The notes under the pieces: model-generated
Told to the model about the DNA's origin: nothing
The model's input: only the letters and a program-made list of their open reading frames with translations
Databases searched by the model: none
Position numbers and translations under genes: made by a program
Shown here: positions 18,386 through 29,519 of the stretch, piece by piece
Numbering within the stretch: position 1 is the stretch's first letter
Layout: every line of letters starts with the position of its first letter
Assembly (NCBI GenBank): GCA_964558935.1
Contig: CAZLFP010000005.1
Coordinates: forward strand, 20,667 to 84,666
Length of the DNA: 64,000 nucleotides
Direction: 5' to 3'
DNA from: an uncultured Gammaproteobacteria bacterium
GTDB lineage: Bacteria > Patescibacteriota > Patescibacteriia > 2-01-FULL-39-33

Positions 18386-21300
18386 ATGAAGAGAAGAGGT
18401 GTTAACAATTTATGGAGGCCAATATTTGCCTTGGCAATTATTGGTGTGTTGTTATTCAGCTTGCCTGTTTTGGCCGAAGGAGGTGACGTTGATCCATATG
18501 GTTTAGGTCAAATTGAACAGCAAACGGTTTTTACAGACACCGGCCTGCTTGAGATCATTGCCATGTTGATTAATATCTTCATGGGTTTGTTGGGCATGAT
18601 TGCTGTCATTTTAATGATTTATGCCGGTTATTTATGGATGACGGCCGGGGGTAATCCCGAAAAGGTGGAAAAAGCCAGGATGATTATCCAAAGAGCTGTA
18701 ATTGGCTTAATTATTATTTTTTCGGCTTGGGCGATCGTGACTTTTGTCTTCTATTCCTTGGGCGTGGCAGTCGGTGATGGTGGCAGACAGTCTTGTAATG
18801 AGGAAAATCCTTGTCCGCCCGGTTACCAATGTGTTGATGGCAGATGCAACAGAATACCGGATTACAATTTTAGAACCAGAGAAGGTGAGTTAACTTATAT
18901 TTCCGGTGTGCGATCTCAATCTTTAGACTGGTCCAGATCAACCAGTCGTTATACTAGTTTGGTGCCTGTGCCGCCAACAGCTGATTTCCAGGTCAGAGGC
19001 TATGCTTTTAAACGTAATGAGATAATTGCGCTATTAGCTTTATATGGTGGTTTAGATGAACAGTCTTTAAATAACTTGGGTACTTATCCCATTACCATTT
19101 CTGAAACTCCCAGTACAGAAGTAGAAGAGTGGAGGGGCGTGGATTTGTCTGCTGTGCCAGTTGGTGAAAGCATCTATGTCAAGAATAGGGCTAATTCGCT
19201 TAATCCGGTAAGTGATTTACAGAGTTCTTTTGAATCTGATCTTTTAACTTTACGTGTGATAAATCAGCATTGTTTCAATGGTGTTTTAGATGGTGATGAA
19301 ACAGAAATCGATTGTGGTGGCAGCTGCGGAGCCTGTGCAGGTCAGAGTTGTCGCACTTTAGAGGATGATACTTGCAGTGATGCTAATTGCCGGTCAGGAG
19401 TGTGTGGACCGGATTGTGTTTGTGTAACTGAACCAACCATTGTTTTGGTCGTAGAGGATGACGGCGCTCCCGGTAATTACATTACCATCTATGGTCATCA
19501 TTTTGGTCATGAACAGGGTCAAGTTCATTTTTATACTACCGACGGAACTCTGTCAGCTACAGTAAATTGGACTGCTTTCCCGGACGAGTGTTCAAATACA
19601 TGGCAAACCGGTCATATCATTGCTGTTGTGCCGGCTTTATCTGCAGGTAATTACCAAATAGTGGTTGAGACCAGTGATGGTTTACTGAGTGAGGGTTATG
19701 CATTCGAAGTTAATACGGTTAACAGACCGGGTGTATGTACTATTCAAAACACCACTCTATCTCAACCCGGACAGTTGGTTTACGGTTTTGGTCAATCTGA
19801 AAATGAAGTTAAACTGATTGGCAACCAGTATCCGACCACCGTTGATGGTAATAATGAAGTACAGTGGTTATACCAAACATATAGTCAACAAACAGGTGGG
19901 TATGTAGATGATATCTACAACAGCCCAAGTAATACCTGGTCAACGGTTAATGAAGCCTTCGATGTAGTACCGGTTGGTCAGGATGGTCGGACAGCAGTTA
20001 GGGTATCTTTGGAACCAACCAAAAACAGTAATCCATATCCGTTCTTAATCTCTGCGGGTGGAGTTGGTGATCCATGTGGTGATCCTGAAGAACAGGTCTG
20101 TGCAGCAGCTGAAGTCTGTCAGCCTGGCTTGGTGTGCGATTTTGAGGATTGCACTTGTCAATTGGGTGAAGCTGAAACTTGCGGTAATGGACAAATTGAT
20201 CAAGGTGAGCAGTGCGATAGCTCAGCTGAAGCGATCTACAGTCAATTAGATGATGATAACAATCCGGATTGTTCTTTGTATGGAGATTATTTACCGGGTA
20301 GAAATGTTACCTGTCAGCCAAATTGTACAGTTAATGTCAATCCTTGTTTGCTAGCGTCTTTAGCCGGTAAGCCGTCTCAACACAATATTTATTCCTGGGC
20401 CTTTTTGAATATGTCTGGAACAGATATACCAAGGCCTGGTTTGTGCGGTAACAATATTTTAGATGATGGTGAAGATTGTGAAGATGTGGATGGCAGTCTT
20501 ACGTATCGAGGGGACAGAAGCACATGTCAGGCTTACGGCTTTAACAGTGGTACTTTGGCTTGTTCCAATTGTCAGTTAGACACTCAGAATTGTGAAGGAG
20601 CTTCCATTGGAGATAAGGCTTCTTCCCATGCCATTTACGGTTGGATTATCGGACACACGGGAGATTATAATCCAGGTGAGGAAGAGCCAACAATAGTTGA
20701 AGATTGTACTAGAGAAAGAACCTGCCGACCAGGCGCCAGATTGCCCAGTCCCACCCCTTGGAGTGAAGGCTGGACGTCAGCCACCAATATCAATGTTGAA
20801 AATCCACTGGCCTGTTTAGATGCCATTATTCTAGCTCGCTTTAGTTTGCCCATGGATGTGGATACCATTAATCCGGACAATATTAAAGTGTTAAAGAGAT
20901 TAGCGACTGGTGGTTGGCAAGAAGTTGCAGGTGATGTCGTTGCGGATTTGGATAGTGATAAGATGATTATCGGTAGTGATAACAGTGATATGGATAATGA
21001 TTATTTCAGATTCATTCCTACCACTAATTTAGAGCCTAATGCTTGGTACAAGGTGGTGGTCAGACAAACCGTTGAAAGTTTATCTGGCAGACAGATGAGA
21101 TTAAACCGAGTTGACCAAGCCAGAGTGAATGATCGCGAGTGTAATGTAAATGGCATTACAGATGCGGCTTACTGTTGGAATTTTCAAACTCGTAGTGCCG
21201 GGACATGTAATCCGGGCTGTGTGGAATGTTCACCGGATCCGCATACTATGTATTGGCAAGGTGCTACCACCAAGTATTTAGCTGATGTTGATAGTCAAGA

Positions 21301-24300
21301 TAATGTGTGTCTGTTGCTTAAAACCGGTAATACTGATTGGAATTGGTCTACAGATGATGAACCGACTGATGTTAAAGTTAGTTTGGGTTCGACCAATAAT
21401 TTTTATAACACAGGTACGGCCATTGATGAAAACATTTTTGACTCACCCGGCTATACCAAAATTATTACCCAATTGCGATCTTATACAGGCAAGGAAGATT
21501 TCTGCAGGGCTAGGGTGGATTTCACCAATCCGGTGGTGGTTGAAGATTCTTCCTGTTTGTATGGTAATATCCAAAGTCCTAGTCCTTGGATTAGTTCTGA
21601 TGATGCTTGCTTAAACGCTATGGTGTCAGCGCGTTTTAGTCGGGATATGACTGATGAGACTTTGAATTCTGGGAATATTTTAGTCTACCAATGTTCTGAT
21701 TTTGATTGTGATCTTACCGGCTTAACACCTATGACATACGGCCAAGTTGAAATTTTTCAATATTCTCATGTCTTGGATGACGTGACTGCCCAGCAGATTA
21801 TTGATCTTGGAGAACCGGAAGATGACGAGTTGCCTGAAGGTTTTTATATTCAACCTATAACCGGAGGCAATCCGGACGGCAACTTCAGATTTACACCCAA
21901 TACCTGGTACCGGGTGGTGATTAAAGGAGATACCGAAGGTGTCAGAGGTTCAACCGGCGGTAAGCTATTGAGAACCAATTACGCTCATGATGCTGACGGG
22001 GAAGTAAATGATTACACTTGGAAGTTTAAAACAGCCGGCAATGATTGCCAAGTAGACAGAGTGACAGTTACACCTCAGAAAAGGAGTATGTCAGCTGCTG
22101 GACAGAACCAGATTTACCATGCTTTGTCAGTGGCAGCCAATTGTAATTTGTTGAATTCAGCTTCTTTTAGCTGGGCTTGGAGATCTTTATATGAATTGGA
22201 TGATGACCGAGATGCGAATGATCCTGATTATGGCAATGCCAGTGATGTGGCTAGAGTTTGTCCTTACAACTCCAACGCTTTATGTGATTATACAGCTCTG
22301 ACTTCTGAGCAGAGCAGTTGGTTGACTCGGTCTAAAGTTCGAGTCTTCGGTATAGTTGACAGTGATGTTTATATTAAAGCACGAGCACTGGAGACCGGTC
22401 CTCAGTCAGCAGTTGCCGGCTACAATCCATTGGATCCGGAGATGGGTGATAAGTGGGATTACGGTACTTTGAGAATTGGTTACAGCGATCTTAAGGTCAT
22501 CGGTCATTCACCGGACAGGTTGACTTGCAAGATTCCAACTGCTGGAAATTATTCGGATTATGATATTCGAGTCAGATTTAACATTGACGTTGATACCGGT
22601 TCAATTAAACCCGGTGTTAATACTTTCTTGTATCAATGCGATCCAGAAAATAACGACTGTCATCCGGGGACTGAGCTTCAAACAGTTGATTTAACTCGTC
22701 TTAACACTACTTTGTATGCCAAAGAAATTGTCTTAAATCCTAACCAACAATTATCGCCTTACACCAGCAATACATATCGTTTGTTAATTCAAGGCGGTCC
22801 TAACACAGATCGTCCAATCGCTTTCAATGGCAAACGTCTCATGACTTTCAATTACAACAGTGCCGGCGGAGGTGCCGGTGAAGAGTGTGAACCTGATATT
22901 TTACCCTGGTCAGATTTTAGTGGTGTTTGCAATAATTGTATGTTAGACAGTAGTAAAAATTTATGCACTTATGCCAATGGCAGTTTTGCTGAGTGTCAGA
23001 ATAGTCTGCCCAATTCGTCTTTAGATTATTGTAATGATAAATGTTTTAACACCGGTAATGAGAATCGAGCTGCTTGTGGTGATGATTATGTCAATGTCGG
23101 TTATGAACAATGCGATGATGGCAACATTATTTCCGGTGATGGTTGCAGTAATGTTTGTTTATGGGAAGGAGCCGGTTCAGTAGCTGGCTCGGTCTGTGGT
23201 AATGGTGAACAAGAAGAGGGAGAAGCTTGTGATGATGGAGATCTGGATAATATTAATGAGTGTAACAATAATTGCTTGTTGACTGAAACTCCGGAACCGG
23301 GCTCTTTGCCGTACAGGCAGTGTCGTATTGAAGATAACTTTACAGTCTCACTGGGCGCTAATATTACTCCTCCCGACATTGGCGTGGCTCAACCGTTTGC
23401 TGGCACACCGCTCGACGATTACCGCAGTTATTATGTCAACAGTTCATTGTTTGGTAATAATAGGCATACTCCCTGGGGAGCTAAAATAATTGGCGGCCAG
23501 GTCATGATCGAGGCTCAAGGCAATGAAGGCAGTTCCGCCTTAATGACGGAAACTGAGGTTGACAGTGACCATTATCTTGTTAAAACCCAGATAATCGCCA
23601 ATGGTGCAATCACCAGTACAGATGATATTGGTTTGGCTTTTGGTTACCAAGATGAAAATAATTTTTGGTTGTTGAATTGGGCTGATGTTGGTTATCCTGG
23701 AGACAGAGCAGACACTTACCGCAGATTTAGATTAATCAACCAGTTTGGCCAAGTTGCAATTACTGCCACACCTTTCAATGTTGATGCACCTAATCATAAC
23801 TTTACTCTGTCGGTTGAAGTAATTAATTTTAGCGATGGAGCTCTTATCAAATGCTTTCGAGACAATACTCTACTGTTTAGTCATGAGGTTGACAGACGAG
23901 TGACCGGTCAGGTCGGGTTGTATGCCAGAGATCCGGATACTTCAGTCTTCTTTAATTTCTTAGATATCATTAATTTGGACTCGCAGTCCAACGACTGGTG
24001 TAATACTTTTGTCCAAACCCCAATTTGTGGCAATGGCACGGTTGAAACCGGCGAGGATTGTGATGACGGCAATACGGATTCCGGAGATGGCTGTAGCAGT
24101 AGATGCTTGCATGAGGGTTCTGTGAATGCCGTGTGTGGAGATGGCTTGGTTCAAACCGGCCAGGATGACAGTTATTCCTGGGTCTTTATCGTCGATAATA
24201 CGGAAGAAGCATGCGCTAGTGTTGAACCGGAAATTGTGATGGGACCATGTCCGAATGCTATTTGGAGAATTAAGACTAAGTTAGTTGATGAAAATGGCGT

Positions 24301-26350
24301 TTCAACCGGCATTGAGAGTTTGAATGTTAAAATTGAAGCTTCCAATCTGACTGTTACACACCAAGGTTGGTGGCCTAAGTTTAAGAATTGGTTTTGGGGT
24401 TTGTTTGGTCAATCCGCCGTGGCAGTCGATTATCCAAATCCTTTATTTGACTACACTTTTACTGCCACAGAATTAAGTGGTGATCTGCGCCAAACGCCTT
24501 CCATTTCTGGCAGCAGCGACGAGATATTGGGTTATCGTCAACAGGAAGAAGACGGTAATGTGTACTATGTGTTAAACATTATTCCGGGTCAGAATTGGAC
24601 CATAGATCGTCATTACCGTATTACCACCACAGATCAGGCTGACAATCAAACAGCAGTCGAAACTTATATTGAACCGGATATTTGTTTAATAGATGATCTG
24701 GAAGTCAATGTTTGGCCTAAAGGTCAGCTGGCTTTAGAAGATACATTTTTCTGCGCCGAAGCTTCGGGTTGTGATAGAGATCAGGATACTGCGACACCGG
24801 GTAACCAGCATATTTACCGAATTTGGGCCACCAATGGTAGACTGGGAGACAGAAAATCTTTCCTAAGATCTACTTCAACTTGGGAATTGAGTGTGATTCC
24901 TGATCTAGCTAATGTTTTAACTCGGCAAGATGCGAGTGCCACGACTTACCAAGGCGATCACTGGATTACGGCACAGGGTAGAACAGGAGGGCGAGCTTCC
25001 TTAAGAGTGACTGCCGGCAATCCTCAAACCAATGATGATGATTACACTCAGTCCATATATTTATTAGTCTTCCTATGTGACAATCCTTGGCCAGATCCAG
25101 ATAATTTCCCTTTCATTGACAGTGATAATAACTGTACCGGAGGTGACTGCGTTAACACCAATTTTTCCTTAGGCTATTGCCGTGATGCCGGCGAGCCTGG
25201 TTTTGCCGATGATCTGCCCAGATTGGATGAAAATGTCAGAGTTGTGGGTATGAATCCTGATTTAAATATTGTTAAGCAGATGTTCTTCCAAAAAATGGAT
25301 GATTCAGTTAATCCAGCAGTTGCCACTGGGGATACCATTGGCCTGAGAGTAATTAACAACAATAATTACTATAATCCAAGAACCTGGTTTGTCTCTCAGT
25401 TCAACCAAGATCCGGGTGCCATGTCGACCATAGATGGTTACCAATCCGTTGCTCAAGGTCCGACCAGCTATATTCACGCTGCAGATTTGGTGAATAATTG
25501 GAATACTGAAAAAAAGGCATACAGCACTAATTATGTTTTAACTTATACTCAGACCGGGGATGAAGACATTGTTAATATCTATAACCAGATGTTGAATAAT
25601 TTATTTTTCAATTACGGTATTCCAGAACAAGGTGGCTTGCCCACCATGGGTAGTTGTAAAGGCACTAGCTTTGCTTGTTGGTCTGATGCTGATTGCGACA
25701 GTCTGGGTCCCAACGCCTATTGTACTTCAGATAAAGCCAAGTTAACTCGAGATTTAAGAAGATTGGCAGATATGCAGGATATTGATTTAAGCTTGATGCA
25801 GTATAAGTCAGTTGAGCGTTGTTCCGGTTTGCCAACCAGATTGTGCGATAACCAAGATGATTGTGAGGGTTATGGTATGTGCGGCAATTTCTATCCATTG
25901 TTGCCCTCCGGCACTTATGTTCCAGCCAGAAGTATTTCAGTTTGGCCATCGTGGCAGGCAACTTTGGGTAATGCGCTGGGCAGGGCTTTGCCGGTTGACC
26001 CGATTAACCAATTCAGTGGCTGCAGTAGTCCGTATGAGGCGCAAACTTGTTGGGCTGAAAGTCTGAAGTCTTTTAATTGTTCAGCTGTTGCAACAGCTCT
26101 TGCTAATCAGTCAACCTATAATTACATTTATTTGTCTTCCAGACCGGATGAGACCACCTTGTCTAATGTTAGGTATTTATTGGCCAATAATGAGTTCTAT
26201 CCGAATTACAATACTTTGTGGCAGTCATTACCTCTAAACTTACGCAACTATACTGATATAGTGACTCATACTTTATTTACAGATTATGGTGCTTTCTTTA
26301 TTGATGACATCAATGGTACCTTTAACTGTGCCCGCGATTTAAGTTTATAA
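18386..26350 (+). CDS. Giant (2654 aa) surface protein: VirB2-like pilin N-terminus, IPT/TIG, Ig-like, Myxococcus-type Cys-rich repeats and pseudopilin-like C-terminus
   Basis: Same pilin motif as upstream gene; repeats CGNG..E.GE.CDDG...GDGCS..C; GAPGNYITIYG..FG; C-terminal RDLRRLADM..LPVDPIN. Confidence 0.8.
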   Translation: MKRRGVNNLWRPIFALAIIGVLLFSLPVLAEGGDVDPYGLGQIEQQTVFTDTGLLEIIAMLINIFMGLLGMIAVILMIYAGYLWMTAGGNPEKVEKARMIIQRAVIGLIIIFSAWAIVTFVFYSLGVAVGDGGRQSCNEENPCPPGYQCVDGRCNRIPDYNFRTREGELTYISGVRSQSLDWSRSTSRYTSLVPVPPTADFQVRGYAFKRNEIIALLALYGGLDEQSLNNLGTYPITISETPSTEVEEWRGVDLSAVPVGESIYVKNRANSLNPVSDLQSSFESDLLTLRVINQHCFNGVLDGDETEIDCGGSCGACAGQSCRTLEDDTCSDANCRSGVCGPDCVCVTEPTIVLVVEDDGAPGNYITIYGHHFGHEQGQVHFYTTDGTLSATVNWTAFPDECSNTWQTGHIIAVVPALSAGNYQIVVETSDGLLSEGYAFEVNTVNRPGVCTIQNTTLSQPGQLVYGFGQSENEVKLIGNQYPTTVDGNNEVQWLYQTYSQQTGGYVDDIYNSPSNTWSTVNEAFDVVPVGQDGRTAVRVSLEPTKNSNPYPFLISAGGVGDPCGDPEEQVCAAAEVCQPGLVCDFEDCTCQLGEAETCGNGQIDQGEQCDSSAEAIYSQLDDDNNPDCSLYGDYLPGRNVTCQPNCTVNVNPCLLASLAGKPSQHNIYSWAFLNMSGTDIPRPGLCGNNILDDGEDCEDVDGSLTYRGDRSTCQAYGFNSGTLACSNCQLDTQNCEGASIGDKASSHAIYGWIIGHTGDYNPGEEEPTIVEDCTRERTCRPGARLPSPTPWSEGWTSATNINVENPLACLDAIILARFSLPMDVDTINPDNIKVLKRLATGGWQEVAGDVVADLDSDKMIIGSDNSDMDNDYFRFIPTTNLEPNAWYKVVVRQTVESLSGRQMRLNRVDQARVNDRECNVNGITDAAYCWNFQTRSAGTCNPGCVECSPDPHTMYWQGATTKYLADVDSQDNVCLLLKTGNTDWNWSTDDEPTDVKVSLGSTNNFYNTGTAIDENIFDSPGYTKIITQLRSYTGKEDFCRARVDFTNPVVVEDSSCLYGNIQSPSPWISSDDACLNAMVSARFSRDMTDETLNSGNILVYQCSDFDCDLTGLTPMTYGQVEIFQYSHVLDDVTAQQIIDLGEPEDDELPEGFYIQPITGGNPDGNFRFTPNTWYRVVIKGDTEGVRGSTGGKLLRTNYAHDADGEVNDYTWKFKTAGNDCQVDRVTVTPQKRSMSAAGQNQIYHALSVAANCNLLNSASFSWAWRSLYELDDDRDANDPDYGNASDVARVCPYNSNALCDYTALTSEQSSWLTRSKVRVFGIVDSDVYIKARALETGPQSAVAGYNPLDPEMGDKWDYGTLRIGYSDLKVIGHSPDRLTCKIPTAGNYSDYDIRVRFNIDVDTGSIKPGVNTFLYQCDPENNDCHPGTELQTVDLTRLNTTLYAKEIVLNPNQQLSPYTSNTYRLLIQGGPNTDRPIAFNGKRLMTFNYNSAGGGAGEECEPDILPWSDFSGVCNNCMLDSSKNLCTYANGSFAECQNSLPNSSLDYCNDKCFNTGNENRAACGDDYVNVGYEQCDDGNIISGDGCSNVCLWEGAGSVAGSVCGNGEQEEGEACDDGDLDNINECNNNCLLTETPEPGSLPYRQCRIEDNFTVSLGANITPPDIGVAQPFAGTPLDDYRSYYVNSSLFGNNRHTPWGAKIIGGQVMIEAQGNEGSSALMTETEVDSDHYLVKTQIIANGAITSTDDIGLAFGYQDENNFWLLNWADVGYPGDRADTYRRFRLINQFGQVAITATPFNVDAPNHNFTLSVEVINFSDGALIKCFRDNTLLFSHEVDRRVTGQVGLYARDPDTSVFFNFLDIINLDSQSNDWCNTFVQTPICGNGTVETGEDCDDGNTDSGDGCSSRCLHEGSVNAVCGDGLVQTGQDDSYSWVFIVDNTEEACASVEPEIVMGPCPNAIWRIKTKLVDENGVSTGIESLNVKIEASNLTVTHQGWWPKFKNWFWGLFGQSAVAVDYPNPLFDYTFTATELSGDLRQTPSISGSSDEILGYRQQEEDGNVYYVLNIIPGQNWTIDRHYRITTTDQADNQTAVETYIEPDICLIDDLEVNVWPKGQLALEDTFFCAEASGCDRDQDTATPGNQHIYRIWATNGRLGDRKSFLRSTSTWELSVIPDLANVLTRQDASATTYQGDHWITAQGRTGGRASLRVTAGNPQTNDDDYTQSIYLLVFLCDNPWPDPDNFPFIDSDNNCTGGDCVNTNFSLGYCRDAGEPGFADDLPRLDENVRVVGMNPDLNIVKQMFFQKMDDSVNPAVATGDTIGLRVINNNNYYNPRTWFVSQFNQDPGAMSTIDGYQSVAQGPTSYIHAADLVNNWNTEKKAYSTNYVLTYTQTGDEDIVNIYNQMLNNLFFNYGIPEQGGLPTMGSCKGTSFACWSDADCDSLGPNAYCTSDKAKLTRDLRRLADMQDIDLSLMQYKSVERCSGLPTRLCDNQDDCEGYGMCGNFYPLLPSGTYVPARSISVWPSWQATLGNALGRALPVDPINQFSGCSSPYEAQTCWAESLKSFNCSAVATALANQSTYNYIYLSSRPDETTLSNVRYLLANNEFYPNYNTLWQSLPLNLRNYTDIVTHTLFTDYGAFFIDDINGTFNCARDLSL

Positions 26351-26373
26351 TATATAAATCATAACTTAAGCAT

Positions 26374-27564
26374 ATGTTTGACGATCAAATGAAGAATCAG
26401 CCAGATAAAACAGGCCAACCACCAGCTGATTTACCTAAGGTGGAAGATATTTTTGCTGACTCAGAAACAAAAGCACAATCCAGCAGTCCTTTTAAGCCAG
26501 TACAGCCTCCCACGCAGCCACCAGCTCAGTCTGGTCAAGTTCAACCAACTCAGCCTGCAAAAAGTGCAGTAGATCAAATGCCTGACGGTATCAGTCAAGC
26601 CGAATTGTTTGGAGGTCGTTCAATTTTGGAAAATAAAGTGCTAGTGGCTGCTATGCTGGTCATTGCGGCTGTGGTTGTTGGTACCCTGGTCTGGTTTGGT
26701 TATGTGTGGTTTACCAATCGGACAATAGAGCCAGTTCCCGAGCCAAGTTCACAAACGGTTGTTACAACTGAACCCTCAGTCATTCCCCAGCCTGAACCAG
26801 CCCCTGCTCCCACTCCAGAACCAGAGCCGGAACCAGTTATGGCTAAAGACAGTGATTTTGATGGATTAACAGATGACCAAGAGAGAGATTTAGGTACAGA
26901 TCATTTGAAAGCAGATTCAGACGGAGATGGTTTAATCGATTACGCTGAGGTAAATATTTATCTAAGCAATCCTCTGGATGTGGATACGGATGATGACGGG
27001 TATAATGATGGTAAAGAGGTGACTAATGGCTTTGATCCAACCAGGCCGGGTAATGCTTTACTGCCTGCTTTTGACCAGAATGGCAATTTAAAACCTTTAC
27101 CGATTCCAACTCCTGATGAACCAGATTACAACGTTTTTAGTAATGAAACGTACAGTATCTATTTTGAATATCCCAAAGACTGGCCAACACCAAAGTTGGA
27201 AGTTAAACAGTTTAAAGATACTTATCCTACCATGCCAACCAATTGGTATTTGGTGACTGGTCCAGACTTGGAATGTCAGGATGAAGGTTGTATTCTAACC
27301 AGATTATACATCAATGTTTATCCTAAACTGGATTATTTGCGAGCCATAGATGATTTAAACAATATGCAGTTTGTGTCCGAAGTGTCTGAAGGTAATGTTA
27401 ACGGCATGCAAACAATTTCTTACAAAGAATCCGGAATGGCCGGGTCTAAGAAGACTATGATTTTTGGACCTAATTATTCTTTAGTGCTTAACACTTCGAT
27501 GCTGAACATAGATGATCGTTTTGATGCGTATATGCAAATTATTAATTCTCTTAATTTAAATTAG
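26374..27564 (+). CDS. Membrane-anchored protein with Pro-rich linkers and thrombospondin type 3-like Ca-binding repeats
   Basis: Single TM; [34 protein letters not shown]; PsbP-like FEYPKDW. Confidence 0.8.
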   Translation: MFDDQMKNQPDKTGQPPADLPKVEDIFADSETKAQSSSPFKPVQPPTQPPAQSGQVQPTQPAKSAVDQMPDGISQAELFGGRSILENKVLVAAMLVIAAVVVGTLVWFGYVWFTNRTIEPVPEPSSQTVVTTEPSVIPQPEPAPAPTPEPEPEPVMAKDSDFDGLTDDQERDLGTDHLKADSDGDGLIDYAEVNIYLSNPLDVDTDDDGYNDGKEVTNGFDPTRPGNALLPAFDQNGNLKPLPIPTPDEPDYNVFSNETYSIYFEYPKDWPTPKLEVKQFKDTYPTMPTNWYLVTGPDLECQDEGCILTRLYINVYPKLDYLRAIDDLNNMQFVSEVSEGNVNGMQTISYKESGMAGSKKTMIFGPNYSLVLNTSMLNIDDRFDAYMQIINSLNLN

Positions 27565-27569
27565 TAAGT

Positions 27570-28961
27570 ATGGATGACAATAACCAACAACCCAAACCAC
27601 AGCCAAACAATGTTGAGGATCTAATAAAGCAGCCGAGTACTAAGTCGGATGTGTATGTCATGCCAGAGAAATTCCATCCTAAACAAGCGCAGTCATCGAA
27701 TAAAGGCTTAATCATATCCATTGTAGTACTACTCTTGGTCATGCTGCTTAGTGGTACTTATTTAATCTATGTTTATGTAGTTCAACCTCAAATGCAGACT
27801 CAACCGGTGCAAGTCGTTCAGCCTACTCCTGAACCGGAACCGGAACCTGAACCGGAACCGGAACCGGAACCGGAACCTGAACCGGAACCGGAGCCTGAAC
27901 CGGAACCGGAACCGGAGCCTGAACCGGAACCAGCTCCTAAACCAACCGGTGAAATTACTGCCAGTCAAGATTCAGATCAAGACGGTTTAACTGATCCAGA
28001 AGAAGTTCTTTTCACCACTGATCCCAATTTGCCAGATACTGATGGTGATGGCTATTTGGACGGTACTGAAGTTACCAATGGTTTTAGTCCGTCTCAAGCC
28101 GGAGGAAGTCAGGCAGACATGTTGCCAGCCATGCCATATATCACTCAGGTGGAAACTAATTTCAGTAAAAATAATCTCAAATTATATTATTTTAAAGATT
28201 GGCAAATGAATCTATTTCCGGATAATTACGAGATTAGATTGACGATCCCAACTACAGGTGAAATGATAAAGGTGACAGTTAGATCTAATCCAGATAATTT
28301 GTCAGCCACCAATTGGTATTTAACCAACAATTCTTCAGTTACTTTAAGTCAGTTAACACGTATTGAAACAGATGAGTTAACCGGCATTTATTCACCGGAT
28401 AAGACTGAGGTCTATTTAACCGATGAAGACAGACAGAAATTCTATATCTTTGAATACCAGATAATGGATGACAGCAAGGAGCTGAGATATCCCAATATTT
28501 TAAGATACATGATAAAGAATTTAGAGATTGTAGCGGATGAGACTCAATCCGTGCCTGCTGTTGAACAAGTAGAATTAGATTTAGCTTTTGATAAATTTTT
28601 TAAAGATTGGATTGTTGCTTGGAATGACCGAGACGTAGAAACGCTGGTTAACATTTATGGCTATGGTGAAAGTCAGATTGAGGCGACAGAGGACAAGGCG
28701 ATTTGGCAGTACCAAAAGTATGAATTGTACCAAAATGAGGTGACTGAGTCACAGGGTAATTTTGACATTAAAGCGTATTATGTAGTGACTGATAATGACG
28801 GACAGTTTCAGATTTTGATTGTTAACGGTGGATATCTGGAGGATGGCAGCTCAGCCTATATTGGATCATGGCAGGTATATCCGAGTGAAGGCAGTCCGAT
28901 GTCGATTTTTGATTCTCAAGCGGCAGCTGAGCAGAAGATTGATGATTTAATCTCCTTATGA
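27570..28961 (+). CDS. Membrane-anchored protein with (PE)n stalk and TSP3-like repeats
   Basis: Single TM; (PE)17; [25 protein letters not shown]. Confidence 0.8.
   Translation: MDDNNQQPKPQPNNVEDLIKQPSTKSDVYVMPEKFHPKQAQSSNKGLIISIVVLLLVMLLSGTYLIYVYVVQPQMQTQPVQVVQPTPEPEPEPEPEPEPEPEPEPEPEPEPEPEPEPEPEPAPKPTGEITASQDSDQDGLTDPEEVLFTTDPNLPDTDGDGYLDGTEVTNGFSPSQAGGSQADMLPAMPYITQVETNFSKNNLKLYYFKDWQMNLFPDNYEIRLTIPTTGEMIKVTVRSNPDNLSATNWYLTNNSSVTLSQLTRIETDELTGIYSPDKTEVYLTDEDRQKFYIFEYQIMDDSKELRYPNILRYMIKNLEIVADETQSVPAVEQVELDLAFDKFFKDWIVAWNDRDVETLVNIYGYGESQIEATEDKAIWQYQKYELYQNEVTESQGNFDIKAYYVVTDNDGQFQILIVNGGYLEDGSSAYIGSWQVYPSEGSPMSIFDSQAAAEQKIDDLISL
27828..27932 (+). repeat. Hexamer tandem repeat CC(G/T)GA(A/G), ~17 copies, encoding (PE)n
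   Basis: Directly visible. Confidence 0.95.
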
Positions 28962-29407
28962 TTGATTTAGACATTAATCGTCAAGTTAATTGTAATTTAA
29001 CTGACGGTCAATTACTTGGCATAGCCAATGTCTTTGCTCAGCTGGCTAAATTGAAAGGCAATAGCCATGTTTCATTGGCTTTGGTGACAGACAGGGAAAT
29101 CAGAAAATGGAACAAATTGTATCGAGGAGTGGATAAAGTAACAGATGTTTTGAGTTTTGTTGAGCAGGATTCGTTTTTAGATCCGTCGGTCAAGGATAAT
29201 TATCTGGGTGAAATTATTATTAGTCTTCCCAGAGCTAAAAAGCAGGCTCAGCAGTATGGATGTAGTGTAAAACAGGAGATTACCCGTTTATTAGTGCATG
29301 GTTTGTCTCATTTGGCCGGTTATGAGCATGAAAATGTTTCTGCTTACCGTCAGAAAAAAATGGAAAAATTGGAAGATTTGGTGATGGCTAGACTTGGATT
29401 TTTTTGA
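28958..29407 (+). CDS. ybeY: rRNA maturation endoribonuclease YbeY
   Basis: [32 protein letters not shown]. Confidence 0.93.
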   Translation: MIDLDINRQVNCNLTDGQLLGIANVFAQLAKLKGNSHVSLALVTDREIRKWNKLYRGVDKVTDVLSFVEQDSFLDPSVKDNYLGEIIISLPRAKKQAQQYGCSVKQEITRLLVHGLSHLAGYEHENVSAYRQKKMEKLEDLVMARLGFF

Positions 29408-29519
29408 ACACATTATTTATTCGTTTTATTGATTATAAACATATTGATAGAATTGAGTCTTTCCTTTATAATAAATAAGTAACCAAGACATTAGGTGTGT
29501 CTTTAATTATCATAATCTC

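Noticed and set aside
27762-27968. Minus-strand (RF)n ORF
   Set aside because: Antisense shadow of the (PE)n repeat
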